NCBI GenBank assembly: GCA_965235115.1
Contig: OZ249436.1
Span: 24,182,001 to 24,246,000, forward strand
DNA: 64,000 nucleotides
Source: Laetmonice hystrix
Taxonomy: Eukaryota
Direction: 5' to 3'
The notes below the pieces were generated by a model. The model was not told the DNA's origin. It made no database searches and saw only the letters and a list, made by a program, of their open reading frames with translations. The translations under genes and the position numbers were made by a program. This document shows positions 25,176 through 38,039 of the stretch, piece after piece (within the stretch, counting starts at the first letter, position 1; every line of letters starts with the position of its first letter).

Positions 25176-25839
25176 AGGGTCAATCAAGTGCACATTGGTT
25201 CGATAGGATTTCTCTCACCGGTTTTGTGTGGTCAGGGAAAGCATGATTACGAGGTGAGATCTGATTAGAGTAGATTAGTCTCATTAGATATCTAGTTTAG
25301 CACAGGTGTGTATAGCTAGGGTGTATGAACTATACATGTACTAGACATTGGTGAGTGTATTTGACTACTTTGGAAGAAAACCAGGTAATGTTTAGGGGTC
25401 ATTGTGTCATGGTAAGGTAATCCATGCCACAGGTACGTGTGTATTGTACATAGAGGTTAATGAAGGTATTGTGATTACTTCCACCTGAGGACAGCAGCCA
25501 GGAGTCTACCAGAACGATGTATCGACGTCAGTAAAAAAATCATTTTAATTTGTACATACTGAAGTCCAGTTTTACAACCGTAGTCCAGATCCAGGATAAT
25601 TCGCCCATATCCCGTTTTTATTTTTTCGTCCTGTTAGGTAACGCTCTAGTTCCCTTTTCAGGATAAAACTGCCCGCCTTGGAATCAGTGTAAAGCAGGGT
25701 ATTCACCGTTACCCTTACGCAATTAGCTTTTGGCCATAGTATAGCTACCCCACGTGTTAACAGCACAGCGTTACCATATTCCCCGTTATTTCTTTTCCCC
25801 TTCCCAAATCCCTGTCGGTCCCAGGACGGTCACAGCTTT

Positions 25840-27640
25840 ATCTCCCACCGTTTAAGAGAGGCCCTAGAAAATATTGATGACGTAATTATGACGTCATACC
25901 TTACACTTCGTCATCAAACAAATAAAAGGACATGTATGACTTCCTATACGTGTTCAATAGTAACTGTGGTCCTATCTTGCACTGTTTTCGACTTGTAGGC
26001 CATAGAAGATACCAATGACATCATTATGACATCATACGTCACGCTCCCTTATAAATGTAGGTGTCAATTGAAAGAGCATGTATGACTTCCTATTCATGTC
26101 CAATAGTAACCATGGTTTTATCTCCCACCGGTTAGGAGTTATCGGCCTTAGAAAATATTGATGACGTCACTATGATGTCATACGTCATGCTATGTCATTA
26201 AACTTGGCCTCAGTTGAAAGAGCATCCATGACTTCCTATTTGTCTTCAATAGTAACTATGGCTCTATCTCCCACCGTTTAGGATTTATAGACCCTAGAAA
26301 ATACTGATGACGTCATTTTGACGTCATAGGTCACGCTACGTCATCAAACTTGGCGTCATCTGAAAGGAGTTTCGTACCGCCATGGTGTGTAACGAATGGG
26401 GCACAAACACACCTGTGCCGCAAATATTTTAGAACCAGAATTCTAATAAATCTGCTTGAAACTGTCAATATCAGAGATGTTAACCTGAAATTTTCCGTAC
26501 GGATTACTTTTCTGTGCAAACAAAACAACAACAAAAAAAGGAAGAAAATATATATAGTTTATGCCTAAATATTCACTTAGTGATCGGGAAGTCAGCACCG
26601 TCGTTTTTTTTTAGCTCGAGAAAAGATTCACCACTGATTTGGATGTAGCATCGGATCCGATTTTTTTACTGCCGCAGACTAGGGTACCATAGGAGCATGC
26701 ATGACTTCCTATTCGTGTTCAATAGTATGGCTTTATCTCCCACCGTTTAAGAGTTATAGGCCCTAGAAAATATTGATGACGTCATTATGACGTCATACGT
26801 CACGCTACGTCATCAAACTTGGCTTCAATTGAAAGAGCATGTATGACTTCCTATACGTGTTCAATAGTAACTATGGTCCTATCTTGCACTGTTTTCGACT
26901 TATAGGCCCTAGAAAATATTGATGACGTAATTATGACGTCATACGTCACACTACGTCATCAAACTTGGCTTCAAATAAAAGGGCATATATATGACTTCCT
27001 ATTTGTGGTCAATAGTAACTATGCTCCTATCTTGCACCGTTCTTGAGTAATAGGCCATAGAAGATACCAATGACGTCATTATGACGTCATACGTCACGCT
27101 ACCTTATAAATGTTGGTGTCAATTGAAAAAGCATGTATGACTTCCTATTCATGTTCAATAGTAACCATGGCTTTATCTCCCACCGTTTAGGAGTTATAGG
27201 CCTTAGAAGATATTGATGACGTCATTATGACGTCATACGTCAGCTGCCTCATTAACCTTGGCCTCAATTGAAAGAGCATCCATGATTTCCTATTTGTGTT
27301 CAATAGTAACCATGGCTCTATCTTCCACCGTTAAGGAGTTATAGACCCTAGAAAATACTGATGACATCATTATGACGTCATACGTCACGCTACGTCATCA
27401 AACTTGGCGTCAACTGAAAGAGCATCCATGACTTCCTATTTGTGTTCAATAGGAACCATGGCTCTATCTCCCACCGTTTAGGAGTTATAGACCCTAGAAA
27501 ATACTGATGACGTCATTATGACGTCATACGTCACACTACGTCATCAAACTTGGCGTCAACTGAAAGAGCATGCATGACTTCCTATTCGTGTTCAATAGTA
27601 ACTATGGCCCTTTCTGGCACCGTTTATGAGTTATAGCCAT
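25840..27640 (+). repeat. ~146-bp satellite-like array (~10 units) inside a Helentron/HINE-like element
   Basis: Units start at about 25862, 26000, 26146, 26292, 26761, 26907, 27055, 27201, 27346 and 27492. Confidence 0.92.
26370..26691. mobile_element. Small DNA-element insertion in the satellite
   Basis: GGAG duplication on both sides; imperfect termini tttcgtacc / ggtaccata; the satellite unit resumes after it. Confidence 0.7.
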
Positions 27641-28045
27641 AAATAGCCAAATTGACCACTGTTCAAACCTTTGAAGTCACGTGACTCTGCGAATATAGGT
27701 CAAATCAATTGTACCGAGCCGGATTCCTTTGAAACTCTCCGTAGAGATTATCCCTGTGCAATTTCATAAATGTTTAATGAAAATTAAGGAAGAAGTAGGG
27801 ATTTAAGCATTTCATGACCTTTGACCCAGCTTTCAGACATGTCAAAGGTCAGAATACTTGCAAAAAATTAATTAGGACCCTGCCCAATTTTGACAGTGTC
27901 ATCAGTTCCTAGAAAGTCTTCAGATTAACTTTGAAAACCGTCCCGAATTTATTATTTACATATTCTATTTACATATTCTAGGAACATCCTGGCATGGGTA
28001 GGAAACTAAAACTGCAATGATGAGTAAGTAGCGAAAGCTACTTAC

Positions 28046-28154
28046 CAGAGCTGTCCCTTATGACCAAATCCCTACCCTCCTTCAAGATGAGATCCATCTG
28101 ATAAAAAGGATGGGCTCGGAATGTACTATTGCGCTGGGCTTTAGAGATGGCTTC
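28046..28154 (-). CDS. MCTP: MCTP exon, start of C2A domain
   Basis: ttttgttttccAG | EAISKAQRNSTFRAHPFYQMDLILKEGRDLVIRDSS-G | GTAAGT; 109 nt, phase 0 to 1; matches the MCTP motif LKEGRxLVxRD. Confidence 0.95.
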
Positions 28155-28499
28155 CTGGAAAACAAAATAGAAACTAGATATCATGAGTGCAGGCAATCAT
28201 AAATCCTATTCACCCTGAACTTAGGGCAAGCAAAAAGGACAAAAGCGAAAGCAAGCCAAGATATTTCATGATCGGCAATATGTAAGAACGAAGACCATCG
28301 AAACACTTGTGGCCAGAATTAGCTAAAATTATTACGGGATGCTTTACACAATGTAATACAGTAGCAACCCACTTAGGCGGCCACCTTTGGGACTGAGCCT
28401 TTTTTGGTCGCATAGCGAGGTGGTCGCCTACATGAGTGACACGTTATATGGGATATACGTTGTATTTATGGGTGAAAAGCTGGCCACGCAGATGAGTGT

Positions 28500-29200
28500 G
28501 TAAAGACCTATTTCAACGGGAATCGCACCTCCTACATTGACCATGTTCTCGTGTCACAGTACTGTAATCGCACGATTAAAAGGTGCCAGATAAGACCAGA
28601 TTTACCCGACAATCTAAGTGACCATTTCCCAGTTGATTGCATAATTCAGCTGGAAAACAGAGCATCCAACACTGCGGACAATATCTCTAGCACGATGGCC
28701 GAGTACCCCGTATGAACTGGGACAATTCTGATACTTGTACGCAATATGCACACGTAATCCAAGAGCAGGCTGCTGACCTGCCTATTGTTGATCCTCAGAA
28801 TATTAAAAATATCGTCGCAGCAAAACAGGTGGTGAATAAGATGTGTGAGGATCTAAAAAGCACTATACATTCAGCAAGCAGCATGGTGAGGTCTGAGGTC
28901 AAAGCACGCCAGGGCACCTGCAAAAGAAGGCAATACTGGAACGAGGACTGTAGCACAAGCCGGGACAGGCAGCGCTTTTGGTATAGGATATGGGTTTCAT
29001 GTGGCCGCCCAACGGAGGGCCAGATCTATGAATGCTACAAGTCTGCTAAGAGAAAATACCGTAAAACCCGTAGGTTGGCAGCAAATAATAATATCAGTCA
29101 TCATTTAAAAAGCTAAACATGTTATATAAATATAAAAATGTAACAAAGTTTTGAAATGTAGTGCGTATGCATAAGAAGTGTAATAATGATGTTACTAGTG
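28500..29200 (+). pseudogene. Non-LTR retrotransposon ORF2 fragment (APE endonuclease C-terminus and linker)
   Basis: TYFNGNRTSYIDHVLVS..DNLSDHFPV followed by WNEDC..WYRIWVSCGRPTEGQIYECYKSAKRKY; clade uncertain. Confidence 0.8.
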
Positions 29201-31180
29201 ATAGTTTTGAAGATATGACCCTTTAAACATGCCTGGGGGGTGCGAATTTCGCGAGCTTTTTTTTCGCTTGTTAATTTTTCATGTCATGTTCAAGTCCCTA
29301 TATCTTTTGATCCAGAAGAAGTAGAGCTCTGAAATTTTCAGGATTGGTTCATCTCACAGGCTGCTATCAGGAGATATCAATCGATGCTTTTTATAGTTAT
29401 TGACATGTGGTACAGGTCAGAAATCATGATTTCAGCAACACGAATATTTGCGAACCAACTTTTGGCCATGAGCCAGACAAAAACAAACTGCTTAAGGACA
29501 AGTGCTAGTGTGAGGCCAAAAATTTTTTTGAGACAGATTTTTTTTAAATTTTGCAGATATTTGCAGTATGTTATCCTCTTTCAAAATTCAGCAAAAAAAT
29601 CATACCTCACCGGCTTAGTTTTTTTGTCAGAACGGTGTTATGACAAATAGAAGTGGTAAAAAAAAAAATTTAAAAAAATTCTAAACACTAATTATTAATT
29701 AACATGACGAACATATCAATTTCAAACGCTCTTAACAAAAAAAACTAACCCGGTGAGGTATCATTTTTTTGGTGAATTTTGAAAGAGGACAACATACTCT
29801 GTTTATCTGCAAAATTTAAAAAAAATCTGTCAAAAAAAATTTTTGGCCTCACACTAGCACTTGTCCTTAAATCACTTGAAACTCTGTGGACAACATCTCT
29901 AGCATTCTGTTTACCAGTGTGTATAATATGAACTCTCTGTTAATTACAACTTCTGAGATATGGGCATCTCAATTTGTAACAAATGAAAAAATAGTAGGTC
30001 GTACAGTTAAGTATTATTTATATATCAGATGAAAGAGTGAAACTTTGTCGTTCATTTGATATCAAGCACATCTTGCTTCCAAGAAGTCTTCTGTAACTAA
30101 CTGACAATTCAAAAAGAGGTGTTTTTACCATTTACGACATATTATGTAATACTACATAGATAATTATTTAAGAGCCAGATTCTGTAACTATGAGCCAGGC
30201 GGTGATACATCATGTTCCAGTAGGCCGCTGAAGATTTTTGTGGGCGGCTTTTTGCCTCATTCCACTCGTTCCTCGTCACACAAGAAAGACAAAGGTGAGT
30301 TCTCCAGTGATCTGGTGTGAACGTTGAGTTATAGGGTCTCAAAGTTTGAGTACACTAACAAAAAAGGACATAAAACCAGGCCAAAAGCTGTGCCCGAGGT
30401 GTGCATCAATGTTGGGAAGCTGTGATAATATTCAATATTATCTGTTTGTATTACTGTATAATGTGTCGCGAATAGTGAAAACACCTCTTTTTGAATTGTC
30501 AGTTAGTTACAGAAGACTTCATGGAAGCAAGATGTGCTTGATATCAAAGGAAAGAGTAAATTTTACTCTTCCATTTGAGATATAACACTTAACTGTACGA
30601 CCTATCCCTCCTTTTGAAAAATATACTTGAACCTGCATTATAATTGCATTTTTAACGAATTGGGATGCCCATATCTCAGAAGTTATAATCACCAGAGACT
30701 TTATATTATACACACTAGTAGACAGGGTTCCAGAGATGTTGTACACAGAGTTACAAGGGATTTAAGCAGTTTGTTTTTGCTTGGTACGTGGCCAAATGTG
30801 GGTTCGCAAACATTCGTATTGATGAAATCGTGATTTTTCACTTGATCTGTATCACATTTCAATTAATATAAAAAGTATCTGTTGATGTCTTCTGACAGCA
30901 GCCTGTGAGTTGAATCAATACTAAAAATTTCAGAGCTCTAATTCTTCTGGATCAAAAGTTATAAGGTCTTGAACATGACATGAAAAATAACACGCAAAAA
31001 AAAGCTTGCGAAATTTGCACCCCCCCCCCCCAGGCATGTTGAAAGGGTCATATCTTCAAAACTATAGGATAATTTGGCCTAAAATTTTGCAGGGCTTCAT
31101 AATATATGTTGTAGTACATGTATGCCAAAAATGGTGGAATTCTGAGGGGGGACCCCTTGTCGAATTGACGTGGAATGACC
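29200..31180. mobile_element. Sola2-like non-autonomous element, largely one long palindrome; left terminus deleted
   Basis: ~29200-30150 is inverted relative to ~30465-31062. The right end ..tggaatgaccc matches the terminus of 56886-62598. Central remnant IKPGQKLCPRC. Confidence 0.65.
29496..29866. mobile_element. Kolobok-type palindromic MITE
   Basis: TTAA TSD; TIR ggacaagtgctagtgtgaggccaaaaa; the empty site caaactgcttaaatc is visible in the opposite arm (~30760). Confidence 0.88.
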
Positions 31181-31580
31181 CAAAAACCCAACGTAAATTA
31201 ATAAAGGCAGCACTTGGTCTGAAACAGAATTCTCGAAATACACCCCTATTACAGGCTCTAAAAATAAACACCATTGACATTATATCCTCCCAGCAGTTAA
31301 CACTTTTTAAGGCTGCATTCACTTCAACTTCACATACGAAATATTTTTATAAGTTTGCACTGGATTCATTTTTAAACGGCTCAATAACCTGTGGTAAAGG
31401 TCTTGTGCACCGTGTTTACAAAACATGTTCATGTCATAATATATCACGAGACCGTTTTATATGTGATAATGTATATAGCTTGGAATGTAAAAGAATGTTT
31501 AAGCAAACTTCATACAATGGTTTAATTGACAGTCTAAGAGGTGCTATGTCAAATCTTAATGCATACAACAGGTATATTAT
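31181..31580 (+). pseudogene. Non-LTR retrotransposon ORF2 C-terminal fragment
   Basis: KTQRKLIKAALGLKQNSRNTPLLQALKI..GLIDSLR, typical of post-RT LINE sequence; probably the same element as 28500-29200. Confidence 0.7.
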
Positions 31581-31584
31581 ACTT

Positions 31585-34500
31585 CGGTTAGAACCACCAG
31601 GTGGCGTACCGGTGAGAAGGCATTCCACGTTAATGACCAGCACTCGTGTTCTACCTTTCGACCGGTGAAGACGTACTTAGAGAGCGATGGCTAGGTTTCA
31701 ATAACCCCTGAGCTATGTGGTTCTCTGTCAACCTCTGTGTTGGCGAGAATACAGTTCACATGTTTAACTGTCTGTGCGTGCAAAATTGGACTTTGTTCAA
31801 CTGATCACCGTTGTTGGGGAGAATATCTTTGTCGCGCGGCCTATGTGCTGACGAGAAGACAGTTCCAAATTTGGACTGCTGGTGTACGAAACTTGGGCTG
31901 TGCTCAACTCGCCACCGTTCCTATCTCAGACCGGGTCAAACTATAGTGTGTGACCCCTGACCTGTGGTCAGCTCACCACAATGCGGGGAGAGGTGTATCG
32001 CCTGTACGGTTTCTCAGTCAGAGACACGGCAGCGGTTTCACAAGACATGTTTCTTGCTTGGCAAATAATGGCAAATAATGTCTGGTAAAGAAAAGAAGCA
32101 TACTAGGACCTCTACGTCGAGTAGAGAGGATAAGTCAGAGGGCGACTGACGAAAATAAAAAATCCAGGGGAGGCCTAAACGTAACTCAGCCTGCTGTGCC
32201 GGAACCAACAACAGCCGCCCCTGCCAGTACACCTCAGCCAGACATGTCAAAACTCTGTGAAATCATTTCAGCTAATTTTGACAAAATGACAAGCAACTTT
32301 GTCAAAAAGCTCGATGAAGTTGGCTCGGGACTCGGGCATATTTGTGACCGTTTAGACGGGCAAGGCCAAGACTATGTGTCGGAGGACGCAGAGGAGAACT
32401 GGGAAGATTAACAGTCCTGGACGAGACCCAGGGAGAGAGCGCTCGACGAAGTGTCGGCCTCAGCAGGAGCGTCTGAAATGTCAGGGGCGCCGGGAGAAAA
32501 ATTAAACTTCTTCCAAAAAATAAACCGGGACACACAGCCAGCGAGTCAGACTGGGGAGGAGGTGGACCCAGACTTAGCGGTGTTGATCAACAGTGCCTTT
32601 GAGACGGGCCTCACAAGCGACAAATTCAAGGCTTTGAAAAGCAAACACCTGCGCCCCGCAAACACGGTTTGCATGTCGGTCCCAGAGATTCCGGAGAGCA
32701 TTTGGAAACGACTCCCCAGCGATACGAAGATGGTGGAGAAGCACCTCATGTCCACTCAAACGCAGCTTATTCCAGTGGCAGCTGCACTCGCCCGAGCGAT
32801 GAATGATTTCAATAAAGAAGACAAGGAATCTGGTATGCTTCAATTAGTGGACTGCATGCGTGGTTTAGGCCACGCCTTCAGACAGGGTATTACAGAGAAA
32901 AGGCGCAACCTTCTGAAATCCCGATTGCCGGAGGATTTCAAGAGTTTGGCTTCAGACAAGTTAGAGCCTTCACCCACCCTGCTGTTGGGTGATATTTCCG
33001 AACTTTCTAAAACCATCTCAGAGACGGAAAGAATCACACGTCAGATGGACAAGACCTGGAGGGGCAAGGCGCCGGCCAGGCGTGCGTCTCCAAGACTACT
33101 GTTCTATCAGAGAGACCGTGGGGGTCTACCTCGGTTCAGTGCGGGTCGCGGAACGGGCAACTCGCCTGTCAGATACGATGGGCGTCCCAACACCTACTCG
33201 TATAGGGGCAGGCCGTCCTTTCAGCGAGGGGGACAGTCTCGCACCAAGTAAGGACAAGGTAAGCACCTGTCCTCCCAACAAGTTTGCAGGCAATACTGCA
33301 AATTTCCTTAAAAATTGGGAAAAATTAACGTCGGACGCCTTCGTCCTTCAGTGTGTTTCGGGAGTCAGATTACAATTCAATGCGTCGCCTGAACAAAACT
33401 CTACTCCCAGAGAATACAAAGTAAACAAGTTACAAGCACAAGCTATTAACTCTGAAATCAACACCTTAATAGAAGTGATAGGAGTGATTGTGAGAGACTT
33501 CGAATGGAAGGATTGTTTCCTATCTAATATATTTCTCAGGCCCAAGCCGGGTGGGAAATTCAGGTTAATTATTAATCTGGGATTCAAAATTAACTTGAAG
33601 AAGTCTGTCCTAACACCACAACAGAGAATTAAATTTCTCGGATACATACTTGATTCAGTGAACATGTTGGTCACTCCCACAGAGGATAAGGTATTAAAGG
33701 CACAGAGCCGCATCAGGGAGCTATTGAAACAGCCGCGGCCCACAATAAGGGAAGTGGCATCAGTCATAGGATTCTTAAATGATCTCTGCAAAGCCACAGA
33801 ATACGGGATGATACACACAAAAATTTTAGAGATCGAGAAAAACTTAGCCCTAAGGAACTCCGGGGCGAAACAGTTTGACGACAAGATGACCTTATCAAAA
33901 GCCGCGCAAAGCGACCTCTTGTGGTGGGTGCATAATGTCGGTAGTGCTTCCTGACACATACATAATTATAACAGGAGACCCCAGAGGAGTTGATACAGTT
34001 CTACTTGGGATGTAGATATGGTGTTGTTATATTTAAGGGAATTGTCTCCACTTAAGAGGCTAACACTCAGTGAAGTCACCTGTAAACTCGTGTTACTTAT
34101 GTTATTGTGTACTTGTCAGAGAGTTCAAACTCTGGGAACTTTATTGCTTATGGACATGTTATGGTCGGACGATAATAACACAGTAGTTTTTCGGTTATCA
34201 AAGGTGTTGAAGCATTCCAGGAGGGGATCTTTAGGAGTCCTGACCTTGAATAGTTTTTGTGAGGACCCCAGGTTGTGTGTAGTTAAGACTTTGATAGCAT
34301 ATCTGGACAAGACAGCAGAGGTGAGACCGAAAGATGAGTCAGCCTTATTCATTTCTACTACGCCTCCTTTTAGGAGGGCGTCTACCTCAACAATAGCAAG
34401 GTGGACCAGAGAGACGCTGGCAAGGGCCGGAGTGGATACCGCTATCTTTAAGGCCCATAGTGTGAGAGGGGCTACCACCTCAAAGTTGTGCGGATTACAG

Positions 34501-34700
34501 GTCCCCGTAGCGGAAATAATGAAAAAGGCCTCCTGGAGCAATGAATGCACTTTCAGGAGGTTCTATAAGAAAGATATGTTGCCGAGTGATATAAGCCATC
34601 GCACTCTTGCGCAGTTTGTCAGTGAAAACAAATAAAGCCTACCATTTAACTAGACCCCGTCGGAGTCACAGCCCCCAACTGAATAGGAACAAATTTTCTG
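31585..34700 (+). mobile_element. DIRS-like tyrosine-recombinase retrotransposon, internally deleted (boundaries approximate)
   Basis: gag-like ORF (HLRPANT..VPEIPESIW) with stops, RT remnant (SNIFLRPKPGGKFRLIINL fused to GFKINLKKS), and a YR domain. Confidence 0.9.
34018..34635 (+). CDS. DIRS tyrosine recombinase catalytic domain
   Basis: CQRVQTL (R), KHSR (K), HSVRGA (HxxR), KASW (W), TFRRFY (Y); N-terminal binding domain missing; in-frame TGA just upstream. Confidence 0.88.
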   Translation: MVLLYLRELSPLKRLTLSEVTCKLVLLMLLCTCQRVQTLGTLLLMDMLWSDDNNTVVFRLSKVLKHSRRGSLGVLTLNSFCEDPRLCVVKTLIAYLDKTAEVRPKDESALFISTTPPFRRASTSTIARWTRETLARAGVDTAIFKAHSVRGATTSKLCGLQVPVAEIMKKASWSNECTFRRFYKKDMLPSDISHRTLAQFVSENK

Positions 34701-37700
34701 TGGGTCCAGGAACTATGTGTAGGCCTACTTTTGGCACGCTTGTTACCCCTCATGCTTTCTGTCAGCAAGAACGAAATTTCTTTATATCCAAGATGGCCAC
34801 GAAGCAGCCATTTTTAATGATATTTTTGACCTGTGTCCTCCCTATAGACTGTCCCTGGTTATTATGTAATGTTTCACGCAAGATTAGATGCTGTTATCTT
34901 CAACTGGTTTGGAGGTACAGGCCATTAAAATATGCATGACCTTTCAAGGTCGCTCAAGGTCATGGAAAATGGCGCCAAATCAAACTTCATATATGACTTC
35001 CTATCTGTCAATAATAGTAACTATTGCCTTATATTGCACCGTTTTCGAGATATGAGCCAAAACAGTGTTATTGGGGGGGGGGGATATTAATATGGCCGGC
35101 CAGACTTACCAAATAACGAGTACATGGCCAAATGTAGGTTAGATGGGTTGACACGTAAACTAACCAAGGAGGGTCTCATGAACAAGTATGCAGAGGGCAT
35201 TGGAACAATGCTCGACAAAGGTTATGCTGAACCCGTGCCTGAAAACGAGTTACACTTGACTGATGGTTCAGTATGGTATTTACCTCACCATGCAGTGACC
35301 AGCGCTGCTAAACCTGATAAGGTGAGGATAGTGTTCGATTGTGCAGCCTCACAAGGGGGTATTAGTCTGAATAATCAGTGTTACCAGGGGCCTGATTTAA
35401 ATAACAAACTTGTAGATGTCTTGCTCCGTTTCCGCCTTTATAAGTATGCCATGATGGCAGATGTGGAGGCCATGTACCTTCAGGTTACGAAAGACCGTAA
35501 TGCCTTGAGGTTTCTCTGGGATGTCAATGGCCAGACACGCCACTACAGAATGACGTCACATCTGTTCGGCGGGGTGTGGTGCGCTATTAGTAGTACGTAC
35601 GCATTGCGCCGTACTGTAGAGGATGCTGGTGCATCACAGTTGATTGAAGACACGGTTAAGCGTGGCTTCTACGTTGACGACATGTTGAAGAGTGTATATG
35701 ATGCAAATGACGTAACAGAAGTTATTCAGGGTACTAAACAAGTACTATCTTACGGAGGGTTTAACCTGACTAAAGTGATTATCAATGACCCAGAGCTACT
35801 AGGGGAGATAAAACCGGAAGACCGTGCGGCAGAGGTCCGGGGTATTACCCCAGAGATGTTTAGTGGTGCGTTGGGTATGATGTGGGATGTAGAAGGAGAC
35901 GAATTCCTTTACGTCAATAAGTCGATGGATAGAAGTATAGGAGTCACACGACGTTCGATACTGAGCCAAGTGTCCTCAATGTATGACCCTATGGGGCTCA
36001 TATCCCCGATCATTCTCAGAGGCAGACATATATTTCAAGACACGACGAGGTTAAAGTTAAAGTGGGATGACATTGTACCTCCACACATTGAGCAGCAGTG
36101 GATCGCGTGGTTGGACTCACTTAACCCTTTCACCAACAGATCCCGGTCTACCGGGATGCTGCATGTCAGCATGCATACGATCGATCCCGGTTTACCGGGA
36201 TTCATTACATATTTAAATTTCCCGCTCTCCCGGGCCTCGAAGTCACACCTGAAACGCGATTTGAACGAGACTCTGCGTTAGCCTGGCGGCATGGCTTCCA
36301 TGTGCTGCTGACAGCAGTTGTTTTGAGTCACAATCTTCGCATTTTTCTAAGTTTACCTGGGGAAATCGGCCGCGTTTTGAAACGAACAAACGATGGAAGA
36401 ATCGGACAGTGATTTCAGCGATGGTTTGAGCGATTTTGATGATAGTTATGGGCATGCTGTAGCAGAATCGACGATCGATTTCAGCGACGGGTCGAGTGAT
36501 TCCGATAGCGGTGGCAGTGTCAGTGGAGCAGACGTTCTAGATCTGTTCAATGCCGATGACGGTGATGAAGAATTCCTTGGATTTTTACCAGATTTCACGA
36601 CAACGTTCGACCTGAACTTTCATAGCGACAGATCAAAAGTACCCAGCGATGTGTCTCTGAACTTTACTGAACGGTGCGGACCTACACGGATTTTTGATAC
36701 ATCTGCTTCTGCTGTGGAATACTTTCAAGTATTTTTCACTGACGAGTTGTTTGAACTGATTAGTACATGGACTGACATAAACGCTACAGAGAAAAAACAA
36801 GCTGATCCTACAAAACATAAAGGTGAGTGGCATCGACCGTCACTACCTGAAATGAAGGCATTCTTCGGCATTAGGTTGGCTATGCTTTTCTGTGTGATCT
36901 GCCCACGGATGGAAAGGTATTTCAGTGAAAAAGTGGATCAGTGGATATTTTCAACACCCGGATTCTCCAAAGTGTTCACGTACCGCAGATTCATCCAAAT
37001 CAACAGGTACCTTCATTTCTGTGATGAACTTACCACTGATAAAACAGACAAACTTTACAAGGTGAAGCCCTACCTGGATTACCTACAGCAGAAATTTCAA
37101 GAAGAATATTATCCCTCTCAAAACATTTCTATTGACGAATGTATGATTCCATACAAAGGCAGACTTGGTATAAAACAATACATCAAAGACAAACCAACTA
37201 AATGGGGTATCAAAGCCTTTGTACTTGCCGACTCAGACACCGCCTATTGTTATAAATTTGAGATTTATGCTGCCAACAATAGTGAATTTGAAGGAGAAAA
37301 CATAGGTCTGACGGCAGCAGTCGTACTGAACTTGACAAAGGGTATGGAAGGGAAAGGTCATGTAGTGTATGCAGACAACTTCTACACCGCTCCCATACTA
37401 GCATACAATCTACGTTTGAGAGGAATTGGCTTGGTTGGAACTGTAAATAAAAAAAGGAAAAAAAATCCAAAGGATCTGGCACAGGTAAAAGAGAAAGATC
37501 TTCAAAGGGGAGAGTACAAGTGGCAAATGGCAGGCAATATACTTACTCTTGTCTGGAAAGATAAGCGATTGATTCATTGTCTAAGCACTGTCCACAAGCC
37601 TGACAGTGTACACGTTGCACGTCGCAACAAGCAGGGTGAACAAGAAATGATCCCATGTCCAGAACTGATACGGGACTACAATCAGTACATGGGCGGTGTC

Positions 37701-38039
37701 GATCGCAATGATCAGTTAGCTCTCCTTCGAAAATCTGCAAAGCAGTACAGATGGTACATGCGATTGGCACTCAAGGGCATCTTGTGGTCTGCATTCAATG
37801 CGTATGTTATAGAGGGACATGTCATCGAGCACAAACATGAACATGGCAGGAATAGTCCAGTAGAAATTGACAGATTTTTGTCCGAACCCGGACATTTTGT
37901 ATAACAACCAGTTTTTGGTGTGAAACTCTTTAGAAGGATGTCCCGTAATAGTCAAAAAAATTCAACCCGAATCAACACTGGGGAACACAGATTTTTCAGC
38001 CCCCCCAAATTACAAGTAAGGTTCATTCTCCTCATGCAA

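Larger units (their letters stand above)
22905..25834 (+). mobile_element. 2.9-kb non-coding insertion (LTR-like) carrying tandem arrays
   Basis: Splits the satellite motif ctatggctttatctcccaccg with a GCTTT duplication (22900-22904 and 25835-25839); ends ..ggacggtcACA; CCAAT and TATAAAA boxes at ~23300-23347 and ~23833. Confidence 0.6.

Noticed and set aside
36125..36281. C-terminus of the 385-aa RT ORF as given in the track
   Set aside because: It is read-through into the piggyBac left end; the BEL frame resumes at 43126.
37853..37904. C-terminus of the 503-aa piggyBac ORF as given in the track
   Set aside because: It is read-through into the inserted element; the true C-terminus is at 42153-42504.
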